Below, in pieces: positions 44,224-53,901 of a DNA stretch of 64,000 bases. Position numbers and translations under genes: made by a program. Under the pieces are notes generated by a model. The model was not told the origin of the DNA, made no database searches, and worked only from the letters and a program-made list of their open reading frames with translations. The stretch is from a virus. Where the stretch lies: positions 32,001 to 96,000 of IMG/VR virus record IMGVR_UViG_3300045997_000112, one strand, 5' to 3'. Within the stretch, counting starts at the first letter, position 1. Every line of letters begins with the position of its first letter.

Positions 44224-45513
44224 CTAGATCTCGGGAATGTCTTCCTTGATCTCGGCGTCGGAGTTGCCATCCCCGAGAACCAGGTTCCCACCGTCGTAGA
44301 GACCGAACGGCTTGATGTCCTGGACAGGAGCGACCGCCCCACCCTTGAGATCGCCGGTCAGGCCGACGTCCTTGGCGATCGCAGACTCGGTCACGCCCGT
44401 GAGGTACACCGCTGCATCCCCGGCCTTGTTGAGGACCACAGCGTCGGGCCGGGCGTCCAGGGTCTCGTAGAACGCGGCGATGAGCGCGCTGACCGCCGAG
44501 GGATGGACGGTTCCCGGCTTGGCCGGGAACTGCGGAGAATCCGTTGTTCCAGTCCCGATCACGGCAGCCGTCTTGCCCTTGACGTACATCTGCTCGAACT
44601 TGGCCGCCCACTCCGCGTCCGTGTCGCACTTCTTCAGCGGAACCGCACCACTGACGAAGGTGGCATCCGTCGGGAGGAGACGCTTGGCCGCACCCGCCAC
44701 CACAGCTTCATCCCACGATCCGAAATTGGACGGGTCTGCCGGGAGGGTAACGGCCACCGAACGCGCCCCGACAGCGGTGAAGCTCTTGGTCGCCGCCGCC
44801 TCGTAGTCGAACGAGGGACCCTGCGGCGCCCAGACCTTATCCCAGTCGTCCAGGTTCTCCTTGACGACCGGGGGGTACGCCTTGAACTGCGGGAGGGTGC
44901 GGTTGGCGGTCCCGTCCTTGATGGGATCCCCGGCAGTGGTGACGATCCAGTAGAGCCCGGTGGAGAGCTCGAAGAACGCGTCGTTCAGCTCCAGGTTCCG
45001 ATCTCCGATGGCAGGCATCTGCGCGATCTTGTGACCGACTCCGCTCTCGGTGGGAACTTGACCCTCCCGAACAACCCCGGACACCGTGTCGATGAATGGC
45101 ACGTACGCCGTGTTCACGGCGGGCTTGAGCACGCGCTCCTTGGACTTCGCCACCGTCGCCACCGGGAAGTTGAGCACCGTGGCGAGAACGTTCACCAGCG
45201 CGGGATCGACTCCGTCCTTGGAGGGGAAGGACACGACCGCGTTGCCGACGATCGAGGGGCCATCAGCTGCGACAACCGCTGTCGGAGCCGCGACGGCCTT
45301 GCCGTCCTCATCCAGGATCTGACCCGTCGCGGTAACTTCCATGAGCTGGCCGAGAAGAGCAACGTCGGCGAGCTCCAGGTTGTCGTCGTCCACGAGGTCT
45401 GCCCCGGTGGCGTCCGCGCGCGCTTCGACCTTGGTCTCGAGCTCGTCGGCGGTGTCGGTGGCATCGGCACCGGCGTCCAGAGGAAGCTCGCCGCCACGCT
45501 TGGTCTGTGCCAT
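44224..45513 (-). CDS. Acidic virion-like protein, possibly a degenerate HK97-fold
   Basis: AAGGAG RBS and strong codon bias; VREGQVPTES, PDAVVLN and LVLGD echo HK97 capsid motifs. Confidence 0.55.
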   Translation of the reverse strand: MAQTKRGGELPLDAGADATDTADELETKVEARADATGADLVDDDNLELADVALLGQLMEVTATGQILDEDGKAVAAPTAVVAADGPSIVGNAVVSFPSKDGVDPALVNVLATVLNFPVATVAKSKERVLKPAVNTAYVPFIDTVSGVVREGQVPTESGVGHKIAQMPAIGDRNLELNDAFFELSTGLYWIVTTAGDPIKDGTANRTLPQFKAYPPVVKENLDDWDKVWAPQGPSFDYEAAATKSFTAVGARSVAVTLPADPSNFGSWDEAVVAGAAKRLLPTDATFVSGAVPLKKCDTDAEWAAKFEQMYVKGKTAAVIGTGTTDSPQFPAKPGTVHPSAVSALIAAFYETLDARPDAVVLNKAGDAAVYLTGVTESAIAKDVGLTGDLKGGAVAPVQDIKPFGLYDGGNLVLGDGNSDAEIKEDIPEI

Positions 45514-45554
45514 GTCAGTCTCCTTGTTGAGGCGTTCTGCCGCTCATTGTTTCG

Positions 45555-45821
45555 TCAGTCGTCGTCATCTGTCTCGGCTAACCCACAATCATGGAAGGGG
45601 ATCTCCGTCTCAGCGACGACCTCTCCACAGGAGTCACAGGAGAACAGCGGCACGCCCTTCATGCCGTTCTGCACCGTGGCCCCCGGAGGGAACCCCTCAG
45701 GTTGCGCGGGCGCCATGCGCTCTGGCCTATGGAATAGCTGGGGCTCCCAGGGAACCCCGGCCGACCCGATCACCTTGGGTACCGGGTGGGCCTGCACCGT
45801 CTGGATCCGCTGGAGTCCCAT
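45555..45821 (-). CDS. Small hypothetical protein with CxxC...H.C
   Basis: TGATG-coupled ORF. Confidence 0.65.
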   Translation of the reverse strand: MGLQRIQTVQAHPVPKVIGSAGVPWEPQLFHRPERMAPAQPEGFPPGATVQNGMKGVPLFSCDSCGEVVAETEIPFHDCGLAETDDDD

Positions 45822-46003
45822 CAGGACTTGGTCACCGCCCCATCATTGGAGATGTTGCGATCACCATACGTGGCGGGCATCTCGAACTGTGGCGGAGGTG
45901 TGCCCACGTCCTGGGAGTCCTTGAGCTCGTGCACCCGGTAGCGCAGTGGATCCTCGCGGCCCCGCATCTCGGCCGCGTACGTCAGGAACTCAGCCCACTT
46001 CAT
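45821..46003 (-). CDS. Small hypothetical protein
   Basis: GGAGG RBS before MKWAEFL. Confidence 0.6.
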   Translation of the reverse strand: MKWAEFLTYAAEMRGREDPLRYRVHELKDSQDVGTPPPQFEMPATYGDRNISNDGAVTKS

Positions 46004-46244
46004 CCAGGGCCTCCGGTTCAGGCTCAGGATCGGGAGCCTTCTTGAGCACGCGGTCCATCCGGTACACCTCCACACCCGCCCACACCCCAAGGATGACCAG
46101 TCCCGCGCCAATGAGCGCGGCCGGAGCCGCACCGTTGACGGCGTCCTGCTTGTAGACGTAGGCACCCCCGAGCATGAGGAGCACTGCGAGCACCAATACC
46201 GGCAGGCTGCGGAGCCACCTCCAGCCTTCCTCGGAAATGGTCAT
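45990..46244 (-). CDS. Two-TM membrane protein (holin candidate)
   Basis: Two hydrophobic helices and a charged C-terminus. Confidence 0.6.
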   Translation of the reverse strand: MTISEEGWRWLRSLPVLVLAVLLMLGGAYVYKQDAVNGAAPAALIGAGLVILGVWAGVEVYRMDRVLKKAPDPEPEPEALDEVG

Positions 46245-48559
46245 AGTGCCGCCACCGCCGTCTGGAACGTGGCCCAGTCAGTCGCCCCAGCGACCAGGGC
46301 CTTGAACTCGGTCTTCGTGAGCGCGTTCAAGCTGGACCCAGCTGCTGTTGGCTGAGCGACCTTGTCCACCACGAGCACCGGGTTCGCCGGGTCGGTGTTG
46401 TTCTGGTGGACGGTCAGGACTGAAGCCCGACGGATCCACTCCTTGAGCGTGGAGCCGTACACATTGGCTCCGTCAGAGGTCTGCATGCGTCCCAGCTTGA
46501 AGTTGCCCGGTGAGCTCTCCATGCTGGCCCAGACCGCCGCGCCCCCGGAGATGGCTGCGAGATCCGGGTAGATCTGCCCATTCGTGCCTGGAGTGGTTGC
46601 CAGCGCCAGATCGATGTCCTGCGACCCAGCCGGAAGGGCGTCCGCCCGGACACAGATGTAGTTCGGGTCGTACTTGTCCACGAACAGGTGCAGATCGGCG
46701 GCGATCTCAACCGTGGTCGCCTCGACGGCCCCGACCCGGGCATCCAGCTCGCTGATGTAGCCCACAAGATCGGTGTGCACGGACACCGCACGCGGATCGC
46801 CGATCTGCTGCTGCAGCGGGGTGACGATCTGCTCCTCGATGTACGCCAGTGACAGCGGCTCCCACACACCCTCACCGGACGTGCCCAGCACATTTCCCGC
46901 CGGGGTATCGGCCGGGGCCGCAACGTCGGTGAGCCAGTTCAACGGACGGGCGGGCAGCGGAGATCCGACCCAGTCGCCTTCCGTGTTCTTGCTCAGGAGC
47001 ATCCCTGGCACAGCAGTCGAGACGTCGACGTCGGACAGGTCATCAAGCGCTCCGGCCACACCGGACGGCCCCTGCTCTCCAGGGACGCCCTGTGGTCCCT
47101 GCTCGCCGGGAGGCCCCTGCGGCCCGGTTCCCCCCGACCCTCCGGAGCCCCCAGAGGAGGCGGGGACGAAGATCAGGTGGTCGCTGCCGAGGATGGCAAT
47201 GTTGCCCGGATCCGCACTGACCTTCTTGGCGGCCGCCGTCTCGAGATCCCGGACCTGGAGCTCGATCTTCTCGACCTTGGTGATCGCGGCGCCGGTCAGG
47301 TTGAGCACGTCCAGGCGGAAGGTGCTCAGATCCGTGTCCAGACGGACCTGGGTCTCGCCCTGAGCCTCGATGATCTTCTCGTCGACGTACTTCTTGTTGG
47401 TCAGGTGCAGTGGGGTGGTGGGCGCGGCGAAGCCAACAATGGGGCCCCGGGACTCCAGGCTGGCCTGGCCGGACACCGGGGCGGCCAGGGACCAGACACC
47501 GGTGCCCCCGTCCCAACTGAGTGCGCGATCGGGATCGTTGTCGGGGATCAGCGAGAAGGTGGCCTTGTCGGGAGCCGAGAGGACCACCGGCCCGAACTGG
47601 AACGTCCCCACGAGGGAGAAGCTGCCCTCGAGCTCGTCGCCGGAGTTGAGCACCCCGGTCTGGTCGGTGAGCATCCCCGGATGCGTGTGATCAATGGGAG
47701 AGAACACACCCTCGGCCTGTGCCAATGGGATAGCGTCATCCGGAGCAGTGGCCTCCCGCACGCGCAGGGCCACGGGCTCCTCAACGTGAAGGGTCTGCAC
47801 CTCCAGGCTGTCGGCCACCAGGGCCGCGTTGTCCTTGGGGAAGGTGTGCTCGTCCACGTAGCTCCGAGTCACCAAGGTGGTCTCGGGATCCTGCTTCGTG
47901 GTTCGGGGCGCCTGGACTGAGCCCGTGAGCGTTCCGCCGTACAGCGGCAGACGATCGGCGATCAGCTGCTCGAGCTGTGCCTGAACGGTCGCCGCGTCCA
48001 GCCTGGTCTGCAGCCCCTGGTGATCGGAGTCGGTGTGCAGCAGCGATGCGTCGTCGTCGACCTGGAGGACGTTGGCCGGATCCTCCGACAGCCTCCAGGT
48101 GTTGAGGCCGCCAATGTTGAGCCAGACGCCGTCATGCTTGACGACCAGATCACCCGAGCCCGCATCTCCCGCCCAGCTCGGAGCGGGGCCCACCACGAGG
48201 TAGACCTTGTCCGCGTCAGCGGGCTCCGGGGATGCAGCTGCCACGATCCCCGAGATGGCGTCGGTGGCCAGACCCACCGGGCCCCGAGGCCCTGCCGGAC
48301 CGGTGGGGCCCTGATCACCCTTGGGTCCGGGATCCCCGGGGTCGCCCTTGCCGTGGACACCCTGGGGTCCCTGGGGCCCCGTCTTGCCTTGCAGGCCGCG
48401 CTTGCCCTGCGGACCGGGCCGCCCGACCCCAGGAGGGCCGGGCTGCTTGTCCGCGTAGATGAGCTCGACCATCTTCTGGAGGTCGCGGCGAGTGATGTAC
48501 CCGTACTCCGGGTCACTCGGTGACTTGTCCAGGAGCGCGAGCGCGTCCTTCAGAGACAT
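46241..48559 (-). CDS. Collagen-like fibre protein
   Basis: Two Gly-X-Y tracts; LPLYGGTLTG, HLTNKKYVD, LDDLSDV, LTDVAAPADTPAG motifs. Confidence 0.88.
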   Translation of the reverse strand: MSLKDALALLDKSPSDPEYGYITRRDLQKMVELIYADKQPGPPGVGRPGPQGKRGLQGKTGPQGPQGVHGKGDPGDPGPKGDQGPTGPAGPRGPVGLATDAISGIVAAASPEPADADKVYLVVGPAPSWAGDAGSGDLVVKHDGVWLNIGGLNTWRLSEDPANVLQVDDDASLLHTDSDHQGLQTRLDAATVQAQLEQLIADRLPLYGGTLTGSVQAPRTTKQDPETTLVTRSYVDEHTFPKDNAALVADSLEVQTLHVEEPVALRVREATAPDDAIPLAQAEGVFSPIDHTHPGMLTDQTGVLNSGDELEGSFSLVGTFQFGPVVLSAPDKATFSLIPDNDPDRALSWDGGTGVWSLAAPVSGQASLESRGPIVGFAAPTTPLHLTNKKYVDEKIIEAQGETQVRLDTDLSTFRLDVLNLTGAAITKVEKIELQVRDLETAAAKKVSADPGNIAILGSDHLIFVPASSGGSGGSGGTGPQGPPGEQGPQGVPGEQGPSGVAGALDDLSDVDVSTAVPGMLLSKNTEGDWVGSPLPARPLNWLTDVAAPADTPAGNVLGTSGEGVWEPLSLAYIEEQIVTPLQQQIGDPRAVSVHTDLVGYISELDARVGAVEATTVEIAADLHLFVDKYDPNYICVRADALPAGSQDIDLALATTPGTNGQIYPDLAAISGGAAVWASMESSPGNFKLGRMQTSDGANVYGSTLKEWIRRASVLTVHQNNTDPANPVLVVDKVAQPTAAGSSLNALTKTEFKALVAGATDWATFQTAVAAL

Positions 48560-48569
48560 GGTGGGTTCC

Positions 48570-48836
48570 TCACGGAGCGGTGGTGGCGGCCTTCACGGCG
48601 TCAATGAACGCGGTGTCTGCGATCAGCGCATCCTTGACGGCGGCGATGGTGGTGGGATCTGCCGGATCCATCGGGGGACCGGTGGGACCGACGGCGCCCT
48701 GCACTGCCTGATCGAAGAGCGCCATGAACAGGGCTCGGAGATCCTCCTTCGTGATGTACGAGTAGGACTCTCCTGGACCGGGCTCCAAGTACGCATCGAG
48801 CGTCTCGGTCCAGAGCTTGTCATTCTTGTCAGCCAT
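48570..48836 (-). CDS. Small fibre-associated protein (shared N-terminal anchor motif)
   Basis: AGGAG RBS; YSYITKEDLRALFMALFD plus a short Gly-X-Y stretch. Confidence 0.75.
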   Translation of the reverse strand: MADKNDKLWTETLDAYLEPGPGESYSYITKEDLRALFMALFDQAVQGAVGPTGPPMDPADPTTIAAVKDALIADTAFIDAVKAATTAP

Positions 48837-48844
48837 TGCGTCTC

Positions 48845-50299
48845 CTAGATCTGGAACCAGACGGAACCCTCGGCCGGTGCCGTGGGCTGGGTGGCTTGGA
48901 CGACGATCCGGTCGTCGACGTACTTCTTGGTCGCGGCGTGATCGGCAGAGGTGGGCGCCGCCACCTGAAGGTTGCCGAACCCACTGTCCCCCACGTTCCG
49001 AACCGCCAGAACACCGACTCCCGCCGACTGAAGAAGGGCCACCCCGTCGAACCTGATGCGCCCACGCCCTCCGGGAGCCACCTGCAGGAACAGCTCTGCG
49101 GTGGGGTCATTGATGATCCGCAGGGCGGGGAACGAGGTCGTCCCGTCCGCCTTCGCCAGATCGGCGTGGCCGTGGTTCCCGGCCGCCACCTGAGTGCCGG
49201 TGGTGCCCACATCGACGGCGACCTTGTTGGCCACCAGCTTGAGACCGCCGCCGATGTCCACCCTGAGCTCGGGGTCGGTGGACAGCGCCCCTCCGCCCGC
49301 CAGACCAAGACCGGCTCGGACCTGCTTGACGCCCAGGTCAGCCACGTACAGCCGACCGGCAGAGATCTTGGCCGCGTTGGCCGCCTCGGACGAGAGCATG
49401 TCCTGAGGGAGCGGAACCACCGCACCGGCAGGACCCTGCGCGCCCGTATCGCCCTTGGCGCCCGGCGCACCATCGACACCCTGGCGCCCGTCAGCACCCG
49501 GCTCGCCCTTGTCTCCCTTGGGCCCCTGGATGGCCCCAACATTCACCCAGTCCGGATCCTCGAACAGAAGCCCGTCGCCAGTGTTGGGAGTCAAGCCCCC
49601 CGGCCAACCACCCGCGGGGACAGTCGCCCCGGCGATGTACATGTCACCGCTCTTCGGAGCCGGAGGCACCGGACGTGTGGCGTCCAACGTGCCCTTGATC
49701 GTCACCCCAGAACCAGCAGGTCCCTGCTCACCGGTGAAGCCTCGGGGACCCTGAGGTCCGGTGGCGCCGGTGTCACCCTTGGGGCCGAGCGGGCCCTGCA
49801 ACCCGGGCGCGCCGATCGGACCACGATCACCCTGGATGCCCTGCGGTCCCGTAGGGCCAGCCACCCCGGTGTCACCCTTGGGCCCCTGAGAACCCTGAGG
49901 GCCGATCGGACCGACATCTCCCTTGGGGCCCTGCGGCCCGGCGGGTCCGTCAGGCCCACGTGCACCCGGAGGTCCCTGGGCTCCCAGGTCTCCCCGGTCT
50001 CCCTTGGGACCCTGCGGACCGATCGGGCCGATGGTGCCGCCCGCAATCATGGGCTGGAAGGAGGAGCCATCCCAGACGTAGGCCAACTTCGTCTCCGTGA
50101 CGAAGATGATGTTCCCGAGGGCGTCACTCGTGGGGATCTCAGACTCGAACTGGAACACCGGGATGATCTCGACGTGCGAGAGGTCGATGTCGTCGAAGAC
50201 GAGGTCCATGGCCTGACGAAGGTCATTGGCACTGAGGTACGCGACAGTCTCCCCGGACGTTGGCTTGAGAAGCCCGAGAGCCTTATCCCGATTGGACAT
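48845..50299 (-). CDS. Collagen-like fibre protein
   Basis: Long Gly-X-Y tract; [30 protein letters not shown]. Confidence 0.9.
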   Translation of the reverse strand: MSNRDKALGLLKPTSGETVAYLSANDLRQAMDLVFDDIDLSHVEIIPVFQFESEIPTSDALGNIIFVTETKLAYVWDGSSFQPMIAGGTIGPIGPQGPKGDRGDLGAQGPPGARGPDGPAGPQGPKGDVGPIGPQGSQGPKGDTGVAGPTGPQGIQGDRGPIGAPGLQGPLGPKGDTGATGPQGPRGFTGEQGPAGSGVTIKGTLDATRPVPPAPKSGDMYIAGATVPAGGWPGGLTPNTGDGLLFEDPDWVNVGAIQGPKGDKGEPGADGRQGVDGAPGAKGDTGAQGPAGAVVPLPQDMLSSEAANAAKISAGRLYVADLGVKQVRAGLGLAGGGALSTDPELRVDIGGGLKLVANKVAVDVGTTGTQVAAGNHGHADLAKADGTTSFPALRIINDPTAELFLQVAPGGRGRIRFDGVALLQSAGVGVLAVRNVGDSGFGNLQVAAPTSADHAATKKYVDDRIVVQATQPTAPAEGSVWFQI

Positions 50300-50458
50300 G
50301 CGCCATCCCTCCAGACTGATGGGCCCAGACTAACGGCGCGGGCCCGCCTCACGAGGGCCTAAATCCTCGTCGTCCTCATCGAAGGGGAGGAACAGGACCC
50401 GAGACACAACATTGGCCGCCCCGACGAGCAGGGCGGCCAACGCGCGGCGGAGCAAGGG

Positions 50459-50899
50459 TCACCTGTCGCCGATGATCTTGACTTCCCTGGTCTCGAGCTC
50501 GACCTCGAAGTTCATCAGGTTCCCGTGAGCGTCGAAGGCGTAGAGCCGCAGGCAGAACTCCCAGTTGCTGCGGTCCACGGTGTGCGGCCAGGTGTGTGCG
50601 ATCAGCTGGTGCTGGTCTCCGAACCGAGCACAGGGGATCGGACCGTTCAGCCCGGTGATGTCGTTCTCCGGGATCTGGTTGTACCAAGTGCGGATCCCGC
50701 CGTACCAGAGCGCGTCGCGCTGCGTCTGGTTGAGCATGTGCAGATCGACGTTGGCGTAGAGCGCCAGCAGGTGCCGCCCGCTGGGGACCTCGGCCTCCCA
50801 GTTGGTGTGCCCGGCGATGTCGATGTGCACGTCCGTGTTGGTGCGGATCTTGTGGACGCCGGTCTCCTTGAGGGAGATGAAGTCGTCGGTGGCGGTCAC
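50459..50899 (-). CDS. Hypothetical protein
   Basis: GTGA-coupled ORF with good codon use. Confidence 0.7.
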   Translation of the reverse strand: MTATDDFISLKETGVHKIRTNTDVHIDIAGHTNWEAEVPSGRHLLALYANVDLHMLNQTQRDALWYGGIRTWYNQIPENDITGLNGPIPCARFGDQHQLIAHTWPHTVDRSNWEFCLRLYAFDAHGNLMNFEVELETREVKIIGDR

Positions 50900-51672
50900 A
50901 TCTTCTCCTTGCTCTGGGACGGGACGTCCTTCTCGCCGGGGTTGGTGTCCTTGTCAACCACGGCACCCTCGGGACGGTCCTTGACCGGCGCGGTGAGGTA
51001 GCCCACGTCCGGATCCTGGTCCACGCGCATCGGAACATCCACGGGGAGGTTCGAGGGAGCAGGGTCGGACACCAGCTCGGGAGCGATGCGCCCGGGAACC
51101 AGCACCGGGGTGCTCTGCGGGTTCACGATGGGCGGCGGCACCACGTAGGGCAGCGGGGGCACGTTGCTCGGCGGGACCACCCATGCGGCAGGCACGTTGT
51201 GGGACTGCTCCGGCCAGATGTACGGAATGGCCTCAGGAACTTCCGGGTTGGGAACCGGCACCTTCATCGGGACCAGCCCGGGAATCTGCTCCACCTGCTC
51301 CGGGGTCATGTACGGCACCAGCTGGGGCACCAACATTGGACCCGGAACCGGAACCTTGTACGGAGTCTGCTGTGGAACAGACACGGGTGCCACGGGGATC
51401 GTGTACGCGTATCCCGGAACGGCGCCCGGGACTGCCTGGGGCACTGGGTTGGGAACGGGGAACGGAATCGCCTGGGCGATCTCCGTCGGCGTGGGAGCTT
51501 CCTCCAGCAGCAGGGCGTGGATGCTGCCCAGGCGCACGGCAGCCTGGTCCTCGACGGGAAGCAGGATCACCTCGGCACCCTGGCCGGAACTGCGCTCGTA
51601 GGTGGCGAACATCTTGCCGTCAGAGGAGGTGAGGGACTTGGCGAGATACGTGGCGAGTACGGTGACCATCAC
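50896..51672 (-). CDS. Pro/Val-rich repeat protein
   Basis: AAGGA RBS; short globular N-terminus followed by VP/IP/PY repeats. Confidence 0.75.
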   Translation of the reverse strand: MMVTVLATYLAKSLTSSDGKMFATYERSSGQGAEVILLPVEDQAAVRLGSIHALLLEEAPTPTEIAQAIPFPVPNPVPQAVPGAVPGYAYTIPVAPVSVPQQTPYKVPVPGPMLVPQLVPYMTPEQVEQIPGLVPMKVPVPNPEVPEAIPYIWPEQSHNVPAAWVVPPSNVPPLPYVVPPPIVNPQSTPVLVPGRIAPELVSDPAPSNLPVDVPMRVDQDPDVGYLTAPVKDRPEGAVVDKDTNPGEKDVPSQSKEKM

Positions 51673-51699
51673 TGTTCCTTGTCTTTGGGTGAGTTGTGC

Positions 51700-52395
51700 T
51701 CAGGTTACGTGCAGGCCCAGGGCCTGCGCTTGCCGAGGACCGACGTAGGAGTGGCCCTTTGGGTCGGCGGCCCAGCCACGGGAGCGCTGGTCGGCGCGAA
51801 CCGCATCATCGGTCTGCGGCCCGTAGTACCCGTCGGCAGTGATGTGCAGCGCGTGCTGCAGGTCCTTCACGTCGTCGTTGCGCGCCCCGAACTTGAGGTT
51901 GGACAGCTTCACGGCCGCCCCCGACGAGACATGCGTCGATGACGAGCCGCCCATCTCGAAGTGGTGCTGGGCGGGACGGGGGAACGGATCGTGGGCGTGG
52001 GACGCGAGGCCGTTCTGGCCACGGTTGTACGCCGCCACCTGATTCTTGGCGCCCGAGGACAACCCCGGCTCATCAGCCACGATGACGTGGATGTGCGGTC
52101 CCCCGAGATGGGACGGCCAGCCGTACTTGGGAGAGCGGAACCAGGCATCCCCGAACCGCTTGCGAAACGCGGTGCACACCTTGATCGCGGTGGACTCACT
52201 CATCCCGTGGACGCTGACGTCGATCGCACCAGCTCCATCGTGGGTCCCAGCAGAGGCGGACGTGCCGGAGTGGTAGGACCCCTGGAGCACGGTCAGCTGC
52301 AGCCCGACCTCCTTCTCCACGTCCTCCAGCAGCGCCCACACGCGTCGGGACAGCGTCTTTCCGGACCGGGTGATCCGGTCATGCGGGCTACTCAT
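51700..52395 (-). CDS. Endolysin (M15-like Zn peptidase + peptidoglycan-binding domain)
   Basis: QGSY...SAGTHDGAGAID...HIH; C-terminal DVKDLQHAL...DGYYGPQT..AVR..Q. Confidence 0.85.
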   Translation of the reverse strand: MSSPHDRITRSGKTLSRRVWALLEDVEKEVGLQLTVLQGSYHSGTSASAGTHDGAGAIDVSVHGMSESTAIKVCTAFRKRFGDAWFRSPKYGWPSHLGGPHIHVIVADEPGLSSGAKNQVAAYNRGQNGLASHAHDPFPRPAQHHFEMGGSSSTHVSSGAAVKLSNLKFGARNDDVKDLQHALHITADGYYGPQTDDAVRADQRSRGWAADPKGHSYVGPRQAQALGLHVT

Positions 52396-52516
52396 CGAGG
52401 TCACCCTCCACGTCGGACTCGTGGAACTCGTCCACGACGTCGTCACCCTCAGTGGTCAGGGGATCGAAGTCGTCCCAGAGGTCGTCCTTGACCTCCACCA
52501 CGGTCTCGTCACTCAC
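52388..52516 (-). CDS. Very acidic 42-aa peptide
   Basis: GGAGG RBS, GTGA coupling; 19 of 42 residues are D/E. Confidence 0.55.
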   Translation of the reverse strand: MSDETVVEVKDDLWDDFDPLTTEGDDVVDEFHESDVEGDLDE

Positions 52517-52728
52517 GGAACCTCCTCGATTCGGTCGGCCGACAGGAACAATGGTGAGTAGCTCTCCAACTCGGCATCCCAGAACTGGACGAACTGGTCG
52601 CCCAGAGGAACCCATAGGTCGTCCGGGCGGTCCGGGCTCTTGGACTGGATCACGTCCACCGTCATCGTGGAGTTCGACTCAGCCCACTGGACGACGACCC
52701 GGGTGCCGGGAGAGAACGGTGATGCCAT
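52513..52728 (-). CDS. Small SH3-like hypothetical protein
   Basis: GGAGG RBS; FSPGTRVVVQW. Confidence 0.65.
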   Translation of the reverse strand: MASPFSPGTRVVVQWAESNSTMTVDVIQSKSPDRPDDLWVPLGDQFVQFWDAELESYSPLFLSADRIEEVP

Positions 52729-52738
52729 CAGGGCCTCC

Positions 52739-53311
52739 TCATCGTGGTGCCACCGCGAAGTAGTCCACGAGGCAGTCCGTCGCGTTCGTGCGGTTGACGT
52801 GGGCTGTGAATCCGGCAGCGTCCACCGCGCTCACAGTAGCGTTGACGTAGATGTCGCCGGGTGTGCTGGTCCTCATGCTGACGACGACGACGGGGACGCT
52901 GTTGAACGGACTGGAGAAGTTGACCCGCGCCTCTCGGTTACCAGCACCACCGTTGACCCATGCCATGCCTGCTCGGATCGAGTACGGGTGGTTCGGCCCA
53001 GCCGGACCCGTTCCTCCTGCTGGACCTTGCCCGCCTGCTGGACCTTGCCCGCCTCCGGGGCCTTGAGGTCCCTGGGAGCCCACGGGACCTACTCCACCGG
53101 CAGCACCGCGATCACCTTCCGGTCCCGTCGGACCTTTGTCACCCGTCGGCCCTTTGTCACCCGTCGGACCCTTGATGGTCCCGCCACTGGGGCCAGTGGG
53201 ACCGGTGTCACCCTTCGGCCCTATCGGACCCCGTTCCCCACGCGAACCGGGAGCCACAGGTATCGGGACCATCTGTCCCGTTGTTGGGTCGCGGTACTCA
53301 ATGTTGGCCAT
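52739..53311 (-). CDS. Collagen + H-type-lectin-like protein (paralog 3)
   Basis: [18 protein letters not shown] repeats, [16 protein letters not shown]...VDYFAV. Confidence 0.85.
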   Translation of the reverse strand: MANIEYRDPTTGQMVPIPVAPGSRGERGPIGPKGDTGPTGPSGGTIKGPTGDKGPTGDKGPTGPEGDRGAAGGVGPVGSQGPQGPGGGQGPAGGQGPAGGTGPAGPNHPYSIRAGMAWVNGGAGNREARVNFSSPFNSVPVVVVSMRTSTPGDIYVNATVSAVDAAGFTAHVNRTNATDCLVDYFAVAPR

Positions 53312-53901
53312 CAGCCAACCCCAATCGCAATCCAGTTGACCCGAGTGTTCGTGCCGTTCGTGCGGTACACCCACACGGTGCCGCCGGACACGGACGGGCC
53401 TGTGCTCACCCCGACCGCCTTCACGGTACCGGGCACCGTGGAACTGGCGCAGGCGATGAGCACGGGGGGCTGGGCGAATGGCGGGTTGAACGACACGTTG
53501 GCCGAGGTGGGGGTGTTCGCCGTCGGGTTGACGTCCACGTACCCCATGCGGAACGTGACGCCCTGCGGTTGCCCGGCCGGGCCTTGTGCCCCTCCCGGTC
53601 CTTGGATCCCTGTTGGCCCTGCACCACCAGTCGGGCCCGCTGGCCCCTGATCCCCAGCGGGACCCTGCGGTCCCACGGCACCGGGAGCTCCGGTGTCGCC
53701 CTTCGGTCCCACATCCCCAGTCGGTCCCTTGTCCCCAGTGGGCCCCTTTGCTCCCGGCGTGTCACCAGATCCAGTTGCCGCATCCCCCGGTGGCCCGACG
53801 GGACCCTTGTCCCCGATCGGGCCCTCGATCCCGGGAAGCCCAGTGAGATCGATCTCCACGAAGTTCCCATTGACGTCCCGCGCCATGATGATGTTGGTCA
53901 C
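53311..53901 (-). CDS. Collagen + H-type-lectin-like protein (paralog 2)
   Basis: [17 protein letters not shown] repeats, [14 protein letters not shown]...VNWIAIG. Confidence 0.85.
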   Translation of the reverse strand: MTNIIMARDVNGNFVEIDLTGLPGIEGPIGDKGPVGPPGDAATGSGDTPGAKGPTGDKGPTGDVGPKGDTGAPGAVGPQGPAGDQGPAGPTGGAGPTGIQGPGGAQGPAGQPQGVTFRMGYVDVNPTANTPTSANVSFNPPFAQPPVLIACASSTVPGTVKAVGVSTGPSVSGGTVWVYRTNGTNTRVNWIAIGVG

